Sequence record: OR228459.1
Length of the DNA stretch: 64,000 nt
Origin: Klebsiella phage fENko-Kae01
Strand: one strand, 5' to 3'
Made by a program: the position numbers and the translations under genes. The notes beneath the pieces were generated by a model. That model had not been told where the DNA came from and did not search any database. It worked only from the letters and a program-made list of their open reading frames with translations. Every line of letters starts with the position of its first letter. Position 1 is the stretch's first letter. This document shows, one piece after another, positions 36,905 through 47,067 of the stretch.

Positions 36905-37383
36905 ATAATAAAATATATGTCATGCCTGATAAAGTTATTGAATTAATTTGGGAAAAGGTTGAGTACTATAAGGCATTGGAAATACTTTCATATGACCAAG
37001 TTGTTTTTAACAATCGTGGGGTGAATAATGAGATTTATACTAGCAAGAAGTTCCACGACTTAGAATGTTTTCAGAATCCAAAAACAGGTGAATATAGCAT
37101 TACAATACTAAGTAATGCACTCATGGAACTATACTTCTTTGCAAATCAACTAACAGAAGAACCTGATAATGGTTATTATCTAGAAATAGAGTATAGATAT
37201 AATACAAATTGGGTACGAATGTCTACACACATTTATGAGTCAGAAGAAGAGTACTTTATGCAAAGTACTGTAGAAAATTTACAACTAAGTATCGACCGTA
37301 ATTTTAAAGTTGCTAGCTTTATGGCACAACTTAAAGAGTTGATCAGATTGAGGGCTATTGAACATGGAAAATCAACATCGTAA
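36901..37383 (+). CDS. FQxS-motif paralog family member
   Basis: SEEEYFMQSTVENL. Confidence 0.55.
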   Translation: MNNKIYVMPDKVIELIWEKVEYYKALEILSYDQVVFNNRGVNNEIYTSKKFHDLECFQNPKTGEYSITILSNALMELYFFANQLTEEPDNGYYLEIEYRYNTNWVRMSTHIYESEEEYFMQSTVENLQLSIDRNFKVASFMAQLKELIRLRAIEHGKSTS

Positions 37384-37588
37384 AATCAAAGGTTATCGAG
37401 AGCTAACCGAAGATGAAATTAAAAACATGAATGACGTTAAAGAGCTTGCTGCACAAGTTGGTGAACTAATTGAACGGCTAGGGGATTCCCCTGATATCGA
37501 CCGCCGCTGGTTGAATATCGCTAAGACCGATTTACAGAAAGGTTTTATGAGTGCTGTACGCAGCATTGCAAAACCAGATTCATTCTAA
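37364..37588 (+). CDS. hypothetical protein
   Basis: ORF about 74 aa. Confidence 0.45.
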   Translation: MENQHRKIKGYRELTEDEIKNMNDVKELAAQVGELIERLGDSPDIDRRWLNIAKTDLQKGFMSAVRSIAKPDSF

Positions 37589-37664
37589 AACAACACTTGA
37601 CTTACATCCTTCACTAACGTATAATTAGTGAAGGTTTTTTAATTGAGAAATTGATGGAGGGGAA

Positions 37665-38150
37665 ATGAAATTTGATCCAGAAAGGTTATTACTGTTATTG
37701 CAAGTTCTATCGATCCCAACAAATACAAGTATGGTTAGTTTCAATCCAGTAAAGCCAATGAATCTTAAAAATGGAGATTCTGTTAAATATCCTAGTATGT
37801 CATTTGGCATCAACAAATCTCATAACTTTACTAGTACTGATATGTATTGCATGTTGATTGTAAAAAATGATTCAACATCAGATTATTGTTGTACTTGGTG
37901 GTTTACTAATGATAAGTTCATGTTATCTCTTATTGATAATGATGACAACGAAGATCCAGAAATGACAAGAAATATTTCTGATACTGTAGCTATGGGTAAT
38001 TTCCATAAATCAGAAGAAGAACATTTCCAAAAAGACTGTTTATCAGGAACTCCTATTACTTGGGAACTTGAGGTGACAGTAAAAGAATGTCTTTCTAATC
38101 TAAAATCTTTTTATAATGCAGCATTAGCCGAATGGAATGGTGTACTATGA
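37665..38150 (+). CDS. FQxS-motif paralog family member
   Basis: SEEEHFQKDCLSG. Confidence 0.5.
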   Translation: MKFDPERLLLLLQVLSIPTNTSMVSFNPVKPMNLKNGDSVKYPSMSFGINKSHNFTSTDMYCMLIVKNDSTSDYCCTWWFTNDKFMLSLIDNDDNEDPEMTRNISDTVAMGNFHKSEEEHFQKDCLSGTPITWELEVTVKECLSNLKSFYNAALAEWNGVL

Positions 38151-38593
38151 ACACAACATTGATAAGACCTGAAGTACTGAAACATGTAAAGGGAAGATAT
38201 AAGGGAATTTCCAAAAATGATTTAAATTCATTTCCAGAAACCGAATTACTTGATAGTGAACAATTACTTTCTTACGGGGATCAAAATCACGGTTATTACT
38301 TTGACTTAGGTATTGATATGGGTAGTAACAAGGAAATTGGTTTTGAAGGTTCAATCACTCAATTTGAATTCAAACTTGTTGAGTACACGCAAATTGACAC
38401 TAAACCAAATTCGTTTAAGATTGATTTAACTTTATTTGATGGGGCATTAACCGAAGAAGTCTTTTTTCAATTCAGTACTATAGAAGATTTTTATGGCTTG
38501 ACATTCGAACAGCTTCGGGTTATCATAGAAATACGTGATGAAATTAAAAATCGCATTCCTCATTGGGGTATTAATCCTAAAGAAAAACTTTAA
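38147..38593 (+). CDS. FQxS-motif paralog family member
   Basis: TEEVFFQFSTIEDF. Confidence 0.5.
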   Translation: MNTTLIRPEVLKHVKGRYKGISKNDLNSFPETELLDSEQLLSYGDQNHGYYFDLGIDMGSNKEIGFEGSITQFEFKLVEYTQIDTKPNSFKIDLTLFDGALTEEVFFQFSTIEDFYGLTFEQLRVIIEIRDEIKNRIPHWGINPKEKL

Positions 38594-38597
38594 AAAG

Positions 38598-38628
38598 TTG
38601 GGACAAACTTAGAAAAATGTGATATAAT
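38598..38628 (+). promoter_or_regulatory. conserved phage promoter TTGGGACAAA-N13-TGTGATATAAT
   Basis: copy 9; drives leader plus tRNA-Leu. Confidence 0.6.
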
Positions 38629-38753
38629 ATTATTATCAGGACGGTAAGATATTCTGGTAAAATTTAGTTGAGTAGCTTAAGGGAGAGCAGCAGGTAATAA
38701 CGATAAGATCACCTGTCAGTGTGGATTTAAACACCACCTCAACAACACAATTT

Positions 38754-38808
38754 AGAATCCAACAGCAATTTTATTCAATCGATTATATGAAAACAAAATG
38801 GATTCTAG
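38754..38808 (+). repeat. tRNA spacer module
   Basis: agaatccaacagcaatt...gattatatgaaaac...ggattctag. Confidence 0.5.
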
Positions 38809-38812
38809 CTTT

Positions 38813-38895
38813 GCGGGTATGGGGGAACTGGTAGACCCGACGTGCTTAAAACACGTTTCGCAAGAGTGAGGATTCGAATTCCTCTACCCGCACCA
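38813..38895 (+). tRNA. tRNA-Leu (anticodon TAA)
   Basis: acceptor gcgggta/tacccgc, loop cttaaaa, long variable arm, CCA. Confidence 0.8.
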
Positions 38896-38948
38896 CATTT
38901 TATAAGAAACCACCACGTGGTTATTGGATGAAAAAATGATAAGTTTTA

Positions 38949-38975
38949 GGGAAGCAAATGCTTCCCTTTTCTTTT
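38949..38975 (+). terminator. intrinsic terminator (gggaagcaaatgcttccc family)
   Basis: hairpin plus ttttctttt. Confidence 0.6.
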
Positions 38976-38986
38976 GAGGATGAAGT

Positions 38987-39409
38987 ATGAAATTCAGTGA
39001 AAAAGAAATTGAATTCGTTCGTAAGTTAATTAAAACAATCAACAGGAACCCCGAAAGTGAATATTCACGAGGGGGTTATCGTTATAATTTTTGGACATGT
39101 ACAGGTGAACAAACAGAGAGAAAAAATTGTCATAATATAACATTATACAGCGAAGATGATTTATGGGGAGCTAATTTCGATATATACACAGATCGGATAG
39201 AAATCATTGTAGACTATGAAGATCATAGATGGGATCACACAATATATACTACGGAATTTAGTACTGTATCAGAAGAAGAATTATTCCAACAAAGCATTAT
39301 TCAAGATTTTTCTATGTTTGATGAATATCCTGATGTATTAGAACACTTATTAAAATACTCGGTTGAAGTGAGGTCTAATCTTGAAAAAGCCAATGCAATA
39401 CTCCAGTGA
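38987..39409 (+). CDS. FQxS-motif paralog family member
   Basis: SEEELFQQSIIQDF. Confidence 0.55.
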   Translation: MKFSEKEIEFVRKLIKTINRNPESEYSRGGYRYNFWTCTGEQTERKNCHNITLYSEDDLWGANFDIYTDRIEIIVDYEDHRWDHTIYTTEFSTVSEEELFQQSIIQDFSMFDEYPDVLEHLLKYSVEVRSNLEKANAILQ

Positions 39410-39896
39410 ATTAGATAAGAAGCAACGTGAGGTAATACTTCGGCAGTACTTTGATAATGCAATAAAAACTGCTGAGTACATGATTAGTACTGGAACTGAT
39501 GTAATGAATAATAATGAACAAACAACTTTAGAAGAAGCAAAGTTGTGGTGTTTATTACATAAGAATCATTATGCGATAACATTTTATGATAATGACATTG
39601 GAAGTCAAGATATAAGAAAAGCTACTAACTTTGCTATTGAGTTCCCAGAAGATGAAGTATTTGAACGTAGTGCTGCTGTTATTGATGTATTTCCTGACCG
39701 TATTCTTTTATGTAACGAACTATGTGATGATGTACCATTGTCAGAAATTGACATTTCGTTCAATGAACTTGATGAAGGGTATCATTTTCAGATGGAAGCA
39801 ACGCTTGAAATATTTCCATTTACATTTGAACAATTCAAGACGTTATTTGGTATAGCAAAAAAACTAAAACAGCCATTGACAAAATTGGAATCCTAG
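39393..39896 (+). CDS. hypothetical protein (possible weak paralog: PEDEVFERSAAVIDVF)
   Basis: ATG 39393. Confidence 0.45.
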   Translation: MQYSSELDKKQREVILRQYFDNAIKTAEYMISTGTDVMNNNEQTTLEEAKLWCLLHKNHYAITFYDNDIGSQDIRKATNFAIEFPEDEVFERSAAVIDVFPDRILLCNELCDDVPLSEIDISFNELDEGYHFQMEATLEIFPFTFEQFKTLFGIAKKLKQPLTKLES

Positions 39897-39938
39897 TGTA
39901 TCATGGTATAAAATGATAAACATCAATAAGGAAAACGA

Positions 39939-40268
39939 ATGTCTAAACATATTGAACCACATGAATTAGCAATGCGTCTTGTAAAATCCATTGTCAAACG
40001 TGATTTAGGTGATCCAATTCTGGATGAGTACTACGAACATGGAATTGATAAATTCACGGAAATATTAAGCCGGATGCATAATAATAAAGAAGAAGATATT
40101 CGTGCGACTTTATATGATATGGTTAAATTCAATAAATTATTTGACATGCAAGAAGAATACGAAAAAGAAAATGTAATATATTGGATGTTAGTAATTACCT
40201 TTGGTAATGGATTTGATTTGGAATATTTTGATGAAGGTATTCTATGCAATTCTCGTGCAGAGGTATAA
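39939..40268 (+). CDS. hypothetical protein
   Basis: ORF 109 aa. Confidence 0.5.
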   Translation: MSKHIEPHELAMRLVKSIVKRDLGDPILDEYYEHGIDKFTEILSRMHNNKEEDIRATLYDMVKFNKLFDMQEEYEKENVIYWMLVITFGNGFDLEYFDEGILCNSRAEV

Positions 40269-40269
40269 T

Positions 40270-41202
40270 ATGATTACTAAAGATGATTTTTATGAATTTC
40301 TGAAAGCGTTTTATAATAAGTTCAGGTCAGCGGGTGAATATTTCAATGTTCACCCATATAATGAATTTCAAAGAAAAGAAAAGGAATATCATAACTTATG
40401 TGATGAATTGGGATTTTATGCTCGTGTTAGTTATAACACCTCCCCTCATGCACACAACATATATGGAATGTACGGAATTGATTTTCGTGATTTAATAACA
40501 TTAGGGTATATTCAAAATAAAGAATATTATTTAGAAATTCGCAATGATGAAGAAAATCCAACTTACTTAACACCAGACGACAGTACTTTTGAAAAGATAG
40601 CTAAAGCATTTATTTATGGTCAAGGAAAATTCACTATTCTTCCAGATGATGTTATTACAATTGGTGATGTGTCTTTAACAGTTTTTGAAATCCATAAAGC
40701 AATTGAAGAATATTCAGTACCACATCGTCTTAAAAAAATAGCAATCGATGATTTGTATGTTTTCCCATCAAAGGGTGACGATTACTCCTTTGGGGTTGGG
40801 GAACGTTACACGGAAGAATATTGTGATATGGTAGAAGATATTGATACACGTTTATCACCTTATTTCTTTTCTGCTGATGGAATAGTGAATGCTGATATTT
40901 CTCCTGAACATCAACGGTACTCATGGGATACATTCAAAGATAAAATAGTTGACGATATTACTGATATGGATGCCGTTTGGATTTGTAAAACAAAACCAGA
41001 TGTTCAATTTAATGTTAACATTGATACTTTAAAAAACTTGATTTCTTCTTTAGTAAAATCTAAAAATCCAGTAGCAGGATTATTAATGATACGTGTATTG
41101 ACACAAAACAAAATCACTATAAATTACACTGATGTTCCAGAATTCAAAGTATTTGTGGAACAACATGGTCAAATAATGCGTGAATTGAGAACAATGCACT
41201 AA
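40270..41202 (+). CDS. hypothetical protein (310 aa)
   Basis: ATG 40270, RBS gaggtataat. Confidence 0.5.
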   Translation: MITKDDFYEFLKAFYNKFRSAGEYFNVHPYNEFQRKEKEYHNLCDELGFYARVSYNTSPHAHNIYGMYGIDFRDLITLGYIQNKEYYLEIRNDEENPTYLTPDDSTFEKIAKAFIYGQGKFTILPDDVITIGDVSLTVFEIHKAIEEYSVPHRLKKIAIDDLYVFPSKGDDYSFGVGERYTEEYCDMVEDIDTRLSPYFFSADGIVNADISPEHQRYSWDTFKDKIVDDITDMDAVWICKTKPDVQFNVNIDTLKNLISSLVKSKNPVAGLLMIRVLTQNKITINYTDVPEFKVFVEQHGQIMRELRTMH

Positions 41203-41207
41203 TATAT

Positions 41208-41233
41208 GGGAAGCAATGCTTCCCATTTTCTTT
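41208..41233 (+). terminator. intrinsic terminator (gggaagcaatgcttccc family)
   Basis: hairpin plus attttcttt. Confidence 0.55.
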
Positions 41234-41244
41234 AAGAGAATTTT

Positions 41245-41655
41245 ATGAATTTAGAAAAAACATTAAAATACATTGATGATAATTTTGAAAAACTGTATTC
41301 AGAAAAAAGTAAATCAAACACTAGAATTGATATTGAAAACAGTTTTATGGGTATTATTTTTGATTGGGATTTTTCTACTAAAGATACAGTACTGAAACTT
41401 GAATGGTTTCCGCATCAATATAAGTATTCTATTATCATTGAACTTTATAGTGAGACCGAATTTATATTAAACACATGGAATTCTAGAAGTTATTTGTGGT
41501 ATGAAGATTTTATTATAGATTTTGATATTGAACGTGGTTATTTTGATTGTTTAGATACTGTATATCCTATGGCATCTAACTTCAAATTTAAGTACTTAAA
41601 AATACTGAAAAGTATTTCTGTGAAATACATGATTAAGAAGGGTATAAACAAATGA
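41245..41655 (+). CDS. hypothetical protein
   Basis: ORF 136 aa. Confidence 0.5.
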   Translation: MNLEKTLKYIDDNFEKLYSEKSKSNTRIDIENSFMGIIFDWDFSTKDTVLKLEWFPHQYKYSIIIELYSETEFILNTWNSRSYLWYEDFIIDFDIERGYFDCLDTVYPMASNFKFKYLKILKSISVKYMIKKGINK

Positions 41656-41662
41656 GGTGAAT

Positions 41663-41905
41663 ATGAAAACCGATAAAGCTATTGAAAAGATGCGTCGTAA
41701 TAAGCGTAATTGGACTATCCCTAAACTGAAAGTAATCGCCGCACGTTGTGGTATTTCGTGCGTGTCGAATGGCAGTACTCATCACGTTTTCAGGTTAGAG
41801 GGTGTTGTAGAACATTTGTCAATTCCATTCAATGGTAAGGACATTCACCCTGATTATATAACTAAATTTCTACGCCTAATAGATAAGGCAACAGGAGAGA
41901 AGTAA
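41663..41905 (+). CDS. hypothetical basic protein
   Basis: RBS gaggtgaat. Confidence 0.45.
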   Translation: MKTDKAIEKMRRNKRNWTIPKLKVIAARCGISCVSNGSTHHVFRLEGVVEHLSIPFNGKDIHPDYITKFLRLIDKATGEK

Positions 41906-43140
41906 TGATTTCTGAATACATGGCAATGTTTTCAAAAATGATGAATGACTATCCGTGGATGATGGGTCTTTATTCATTATATGGAATGGCAGTAATAACG
42001 TATCTAACAAAATTCATTCCTAAGATTTGGAACTTTATCTACAGTCAAAGTATTACAACATTAGAATTGAATAATGCTGGTTGGTCTGGAAATGAAGCTC
42101 ACTTTTTGGCATTTATGGAATGGTACTTAAAAAGTCCATATGCTAAGTGGTCACGCTATCTTTCACTAGATGGTAAATTTCACAGATGGGAAGATGATGA
42201 ACCTACGAATAAAACTTATGTAATTGGTGCTGGTTATGGTACACACTTCTTCTTTTACAAGAAGCGTCTATTTTGGTTCTCTAAAGGAACATTACAAAGT
42301 TCGGGTTCGGAGAAAGAAAAACAAAATATTGTAATTAAAACACTAGGACGCACACAGAAACCATTAGTAGATTTAGTTGCTGATTTTGCAGTTAAACCTA
42401 AAGAAACTGATATTAGTATCTTTAACTATAAAGATGATTGGGAACAGATTTCATCAGTAACTAAACGTCCACTATCATCAGTAATTCTACGTAAAGATAT
42501 TAAAGATGAATTGGTTGGAAATCTTGAGTACTTCTATGCTAATCGTGAATGGTACGTGTCACGTGGTCTAGCATATAAACAAACTTATATCCTACACGGT
42601 TTACCCGGTACAGGTAAAAGTAGTACTATCAAAGCACTAGCATCACACTTCAAAAAGAATATCTGTATCATTGATATTACTACAATGAGTAACATGGCAT
42701 TCGAAAAAGCAATGGCATCCGTTCCTCGTGGTTCAATCGTTCTAATCGAAGATTTTGATTCGTGTCGTGCATTACATTCACGTGAAGATAGTGAAGATAA
42801 TACAAATGGGATGGCTGAATTGGTCGAAGTACTCTCACTATCTAAAGTACTAAATGTTCTTGATGGTGTAGTTAGTCTAGATGATACTGTGGTATTTTTG
42901 ACCACCAACCACCTAGAGAAGATTGACGCTGCAATGACACGTAAAGGCCGGGTTGATTATTGCATCGAGATTCCACACCTAGAAGATGCAGAAGTGAAAG
43001 AATATATTCATCTTATGTATCCAGATAAAGAAATTCCACAAAAAACATTTGACACCATCGCGGGTTGTGATATACAATCTCTTTACCTCGAACATAAAGA
43101 AGATTTCAACAGCTTCATTGGAAGTCTAAAGGAGAAATAA
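41905..43140 (+). CDS. AAA+ ATPase, BCS1-like
   Basis: N-terminal TM; Walker A ILHGLPGTGKSS; Walker B IVLIEDFD; sensor/arginine-finger region. Confidence 0.7.
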   Translation: MISEYMAMFSKMMNDYPWMMGLYSLYGMAVITYLTKFIPKIWNFIYSQSITTLELNNAGWSGNEAHFLAFMEWYLKSPYAKWSRYLSLDGKFHRWEDDEPTNKTYVIGAGYGTHFFFYKKRLFWFSKGTLQSSGSEKEKQNIVIKTLGRTQKPLVDLVADFAVKPKETDISIFNYKDDWEQISSVTKRPLSSVILRKDIKDELVGNLEYFYANREWYVSRGLAYKQTYILHGLPGTGKSSTIKALASHFKKNICIIDITTMSNMAFEKAMASVPRGSIVLIEDFDSCRALHSREDSEDNTNGMAELVEVLSLSKVLNVLDGVVSLDDTVVFLTTNHLEKIDAAMTRKGRVDYCIEIPHLEDAEVKEYIHLMYPDKEIPQKTFDTIAGCDIQSLYLEHKEDFNSFIGSLKEK

Positions 43141-43550
43141 TGGCTGAACTTAAACTCAAGTTGCGTGAGCGTTGGGTTAATGTTAGCGATAATACGGTAA
43201 TTCAAAGTCTCGTCACTGAGGAAACTATTCACATTGATGATGACTTAGATTTTGAAGAAATGGCACATTATTATATGTGCCTCCGTGTTGGGTCGAGTAT
43301 TGTAGATGGTGTCCGTCATGAAGTTTCAGTTTATGACGGTTCATTGACAAAAGAAGAAATGTTTGATTTCATTCTAAACAATACAGTAACATTATCTCCT
43401 GATGGATCTACTTGGAAGAAACATAATGAAGACGGTACTGAAGAAAAAGTAGTACTGAAATATAATGTATCAATTAATGGCTGTAGTATGAGTGGTTATG
43501 ATTTAGAAGATGCTATTAATCACTACGTTAAGGAGATTCAAAATAAATGA
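43140..43550 (+). CDS. hypothetical protein
   Basis: ATG overlaps TAA. Confidence 0.5.
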   Translation: MAELKLKLRERWVNVSDNTVIQSLVTEETIHIDDDLDFEEMAHYYMCLRVGSSIVDGVRHEVSVYDGSLTKEEMFDFILNNTVTLSPDGSTWKKHNEDGTEEKVVLKYNVSINGCSMSGYDLEDAINHYVKEIQNK

Positions 43551-43870
43551 TTTCAGTAATGTGTGTAATTTGTGCTACTATCGTAATTTGTACTTTTATT
43601 AAGTACCGTTGCATTTGGAAATGTCAGCAACAAGAATACAAATTATATCGTGAGAAAAACAAGAAATCACCGTTTGTTATTCGTCCACATTTATATAAGC
43701 ATCCACATGATGCATCTAAACATTATTGGGGTTATGTAGTATTCAATACTGACACTGACCACCCATATACTGGCATTGATAAAAACAATACATCTTTTAC
43801 TGTATATCGCGAAAAGGCCGATGCAGATAAGCGTCGTAAAGAATTGGATGAATTATATGAATACAATTGA
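43547..43870 (+). CDS. hypothetical protein
   Basis: N-terminal hydrophobic segment. Confidence 0.45.
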   Translation: MISVMCVICATIVICTFIKYRCIWKCQQQEYKLYREKNKKSPFVIRPHLYKHPHDASKHYWGYVVFNTDTDHPYTGIDKNNTSFTVYREKADADKRRKELDELYEYN

Positions 43871-44048
43871 TTATAATGATGCCATAAAATTGATGGAGAA
43901 ATTCATCAATACTTACAAAGTAAAAGGAAAATTAAAAGGGTATTCTTATTCATTCAGTTCACGTAAGATAGAATTACGAGACAATAGTACTTCCGAATCT
44001 GTTATTATATGCAACGATCGTCTGATATATGTACAATCAATAACCTGA
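43857..44048 (+). CDS. hypothetical protein
   Basis: ATG 43857. Confidence 0.4.
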   Translation: MNTIDYNDAIKLMEKFINTYKVKGKLKGYSYSFSSRKIELRDNSTSESVIICNDRLIYVQSIT

Positions 44049-44214
44049 TTCAAAACTACATCCTTTAAACGTTACTTATGTGAAGAAGAATGTTTTCAGG
44101 ATTCTTGTATTGGTGAAGTCGGTTGCGATGAAAAGATGGAGTTGCTTATCAAAGAATGTGTTGACGTGTACTACCAAAGTGTGATAAACTCGCTTAACAT
44201 AGGTGGTTGGGTTG

Positions 44215-44613
44215 ATGAGTGAAAATGTTGTTAATCGTAATAAACTATTAGAACGAGGTTTAATGTTGATAGTTGGTGCTACTATGTCATTAGAAGATAC
44301 TGGTAGTACTGGTCAATACCTCGTGAAAATGGGTACAATGAAGTTAGTACTATCTAGAAACTTTACAGAGGTTGCTATTTCAAAACACTATGTAACTATT
44401 AGATGGATGAGTGAAAGTATTGTATTAAGTCGGGCAACATCAGAAGAAGATTATTTTCAGAAGATGTGTCTTGATGATTCGTATTGTGATGAAGAGTACG
44501 AAAAAGGTATTAAAGAATTTTTTGATTTATATATGAAATCCTTGTATCGCAATTTTGCAATAGGGGGTTTCCTAGAAGGTGCTTATGCAGAAGATATCGA
44601 AAACGATCAGTAA
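44215..44613 (+). CDS. FQxS-motif paralog family member
   Basis: SEEDYFQKMCLDDS. Confidence 0.5.
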   Translation: MSENVVNRNKLLERGLMLIVGATMSLEDTGSTGQYLVKMGTMKLVLSRNFTEVAISKHYVTIRWMSESIVLSRATSEEDYFQKMCLDDSYCDEEYEKGIKEFFDLYMKSLYRNFAIGGFLEGAYAEDIENDQ

Positions 44614-44914
44614 GTATCTCGCTGGTTTGAGTAAGTTTAAACAAGGCGAAGAATACGAAAGTAACAACATAAAATATAGGATTATGTTTGATCCACAATC
44701 CTATGATCAAGTACTATTATTTTTCAGTAAAGAGAATGGGCGAGAATCAATCCAATTTGCTTGTACTGAATTTGGTATTTACATTCGTGAAGAAGATAGT
44801 GATTCACCATCTCACTATTACTATCACACCCTTATGTACACACGTGATTTTGGATTTACCCTTTACGATCTAGCCAATGTGTATCACATTTTCAAAGAAA
44901 TGAAAAAATCTTGA
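44585..44914 (+). CDS. hypothetical protein
   Basis: ATG 44585. Confidence 0.4.
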   Translation: MQKISKTISKYLAGLSKFKQGEEYESNNIKYRIMFDPQSYDQVLLFFSKENGRESIQFACTEFGIYIREEDSDSPSHYYYHTLMYTRDFGFTLYDLANVYHIFKEMKKS

Positions 44915-44941
44915 GACAAATCTTAGCTTTTGTGATATAAT
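44910..44941 (+). promoter_or_regulatory. conserved phage promoter (TTGAGACAAA variant)-N13-TGTGATATAAT
   Basis: copy 10. Confidence 0.55.
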
Positions 44942-44969
44942 AACGAGAGTCAATCAATGGAGATAAAAT

Positions 44970-45830
44970 ATGTTTACTAAATTTCACAATGTAAGTTTCA
45001 TCACTTCAACTGTCACTGGTCTAGAGGTCGAAGGCAATCATCTAGTGATTCACACAACTGGTAGTTCTTACGAAGTTCCTTTCAAGAGTGGGGCTGAAGC
45101 AAAATCTGGTCTAGATGAACTAACTGATATTCTAAACAATAATAATATTAATACCAATAAAAAAGAAGAAACCGCATCCAAGACCGATGATATTCTAAAT
45201 CTTGCACAGGAAGCCGTAGAATCGCTTCAAGGCGTTCTAGGAACCCTACGTAGTGCTGCTACTTCTAAAGTGGCTGACGTAGCAGTTAAAAGCGTTTTAG
45301 ACCGTATTGATGGTCGTCTATCTTCTGTACTTGATGCAAAAGATGATCTTATTGCCAAAGCTAAGAGCATCTTTGAACATGCGGAACCAGAAAATAAACC
45401 AAAAGCACAACCAAAAACTAAAGAAAAGTCAGTAGTAAAAGAACCTAAGAACAGCGATGTATCAGTAGGTGATAACATTTTTGGTGATATTCTAAATGAT
45501 ATCTTCACTGGTACTTCTTGTGTGGATGTTTCACATGAGCATGGTGCTAAGAAAATCACAGTGGACGAATTCAAACAAGTATTTGGTACTGAGTCTGAAC
45601 CACTAATCGGTGATCTAACCGATAAACAATTACGTGAGTTCATTTCTGAGTTTGTTGATGGTGCACTAGAGAATGAGCGTGTACAAGTACTATTCAATAA
45701 TATCAAAGAACAATTTGGCGTTGAAGAAGCAGAAAAAGCAATTGAAGGATATAAGAAACTAATTCATACATTCTGTAACCAAAATGTTGAGATGACACTA
45801 TCTCAAGTAATTGCTCGTTACTTCTCCTAA
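44970..45830 (+). CDS. hypothetical protein (286 aa)
   Basis: RBS atggagat. Confidence 0.55.
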   Translation: MFTKFHNVSFITSTVTGLEVEGNHLVIHTTGSSYEVPFKSGAEAKSGLDELTDILNNNNINTNKKEETASKTDDILNLAQEAVESLQGVLGTLRSAATSKVADVAVKSVLDRIDGRLSSVLDAKDDLIAKAKSIFEHAEPENKPKAQPKTKEKSVVKEPKNSDVSVGDNIFGDILNDIFTGTSCVDVSHEHGAKKITVDEFKQVFGTESEPLIGDLTDKQLREFISEFVDGALENERVQVLFNNIKEQFGVEEAEKAIEGYKKLIHTFCNQNVEMTLSQVIARYFS

Positions 45831-45831
45831 T

Positions 45832-45866
45832 AAAAAAGGCGACCGAAAGGCCGCCTTTTTTGTTTT
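45832..45866. terminator. bidirectional intrinsic terminator
   Basis: aaaaaaggcgaccgaaaggccgcctttttt, A- and T-runs on both sides; sits between convergent genes. Confidence 0.7.
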
Positions 45867-47007
45867 AGTCTTTACCAACTATTACAATTTTACCAGTTAA
45901 TTCAATATTGCTATGTAGAATTATTTCTTCATCACTTTCTAAATCTACTTCAAGCATAACTACGTTATTACCTTCGTACACAGTAAAGGAAATATTCTTC
46001 TTACCATGTTCAGACGCTGCGATGTTCATCAAGAATTTTTCACCTGATGCAGTCCACGCTAGAGGTGCTACATATGGAGTTGTTTTGAGAGTTTTACCAA
46101 TAATTACAGCACGATATGGAGTATCATCGTATTTGGTTACTGTAATATTCCCATTCACTACTGATACGTCTGCATCATAAAGTACAAAATTAGTTTGATC
46201 TAATGATTGAAGTTGGATTACAATATCATTACCACGTCCATGAACAGAAGCAGGTATGGTTGATACGAATACATTACCAGATTGTTGTTGTTCTGAACTT
46301 GGAATTGAAATTGACGTAACATAATCTGAGTCTTGGTCATCCATGATAATTGGAACTGTTACTGACTTGTCATTATAGTTTGGAGAGGTTACTTTAATAG
46401 TAACTGTACCCGGCCCTACTATTGGGGTAACAGTGTCGATAACGAATGAACCATCTGGATTTACAATACCGGTTACTTCTCTACCATCTGGTAGTGTTGC
46501 TGTTATCACCATACCATTAGTGTTTACTGTTCCACTAGGAACTGTTATCACACCGGTAATACTGGTATCACCATTTTTAATTGGATTTGCTATGATATTA
46601 GAAATATCAATGGGTGGAATTCCACATTCAGGAATGTACATATCATAAAGTACTTTTCCGTTACTTAGAATCTTTTTATTAGTTAAGAATCTGATTACAA
46701 AACCTTCAATTGTGTGTTGCGGGTTATAGCCACGAACAAAGAAAGTATTTCTTGGAATCATATTAACTAATTGCGAATCGGATAACGAATAATCTAAAAA
46801 TACGCCTGTTACGTCTACGCCTGTTAGTAATAGCTTTTGGTATACAATTTCAGTACTTGGATCAATTAAGTCAAACATTACATCTGAACGTTGTTTGTAG
46901 ATGCGAAGGTTTGTAGTCTTAGTGTGATCGTGGAAGTGTACACCGTTAGCAATATACCCACAGACACCGTAAGGATATTCATTAATTCCAGCTATCGGTC
47001 TTGCCAT
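45865..47007 (-). CDS. Ig-like/beta-sandwich repeat protein (surface or virion decoration candidate)
   Basis: only convincing minus-strand gene; RBS aagggggaaaaATG; repeated beta-rich segments TATLPDGREVTGIVNPDGSFVIDTVTPIVGPGTVTIKVTSPNYNDKSVTVPI. Confidence 0.6.
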   Translation of the reverse strand: MARPIAGINEYPYGVCGYIANGVHFHDHTKTTNLRIYKQRSDVMFDLIDPSTEIVYQKLLLTGVDVTGVFLDYSLSDSQLVNMIPRNTFFVRGYNPQHTIEGFVIRFLTNKKILSNGKVLYDMYIPECGIPPIDISNIIANPIKNGDTSITGVITVPSGTVNTNGMVITATLPDGREVTGIVNPDGSFVIDTVTPIVGPGTVTIKVTSPNYNDKSVTVPIIMDDQDSDYVTSISIPSSEQQQSGNVFVSTIPASVHGRGNDIVIQLQSLDQTNFVLYDADVSVVNGNITVTKYDDTPYRAVIIGKTLKTTPYVAPLAWTASGEKFLMNIAASEHGKKNISFTVYEGNNVVMLEVDLESDEEIILHSNIELTGKIVIVGKD

Positions 47008-47067
47008 TTTTCCCCCTTAAACATGAGTGTTATATCAATATTTACCTCAAAGAATAAAAAATTGACA

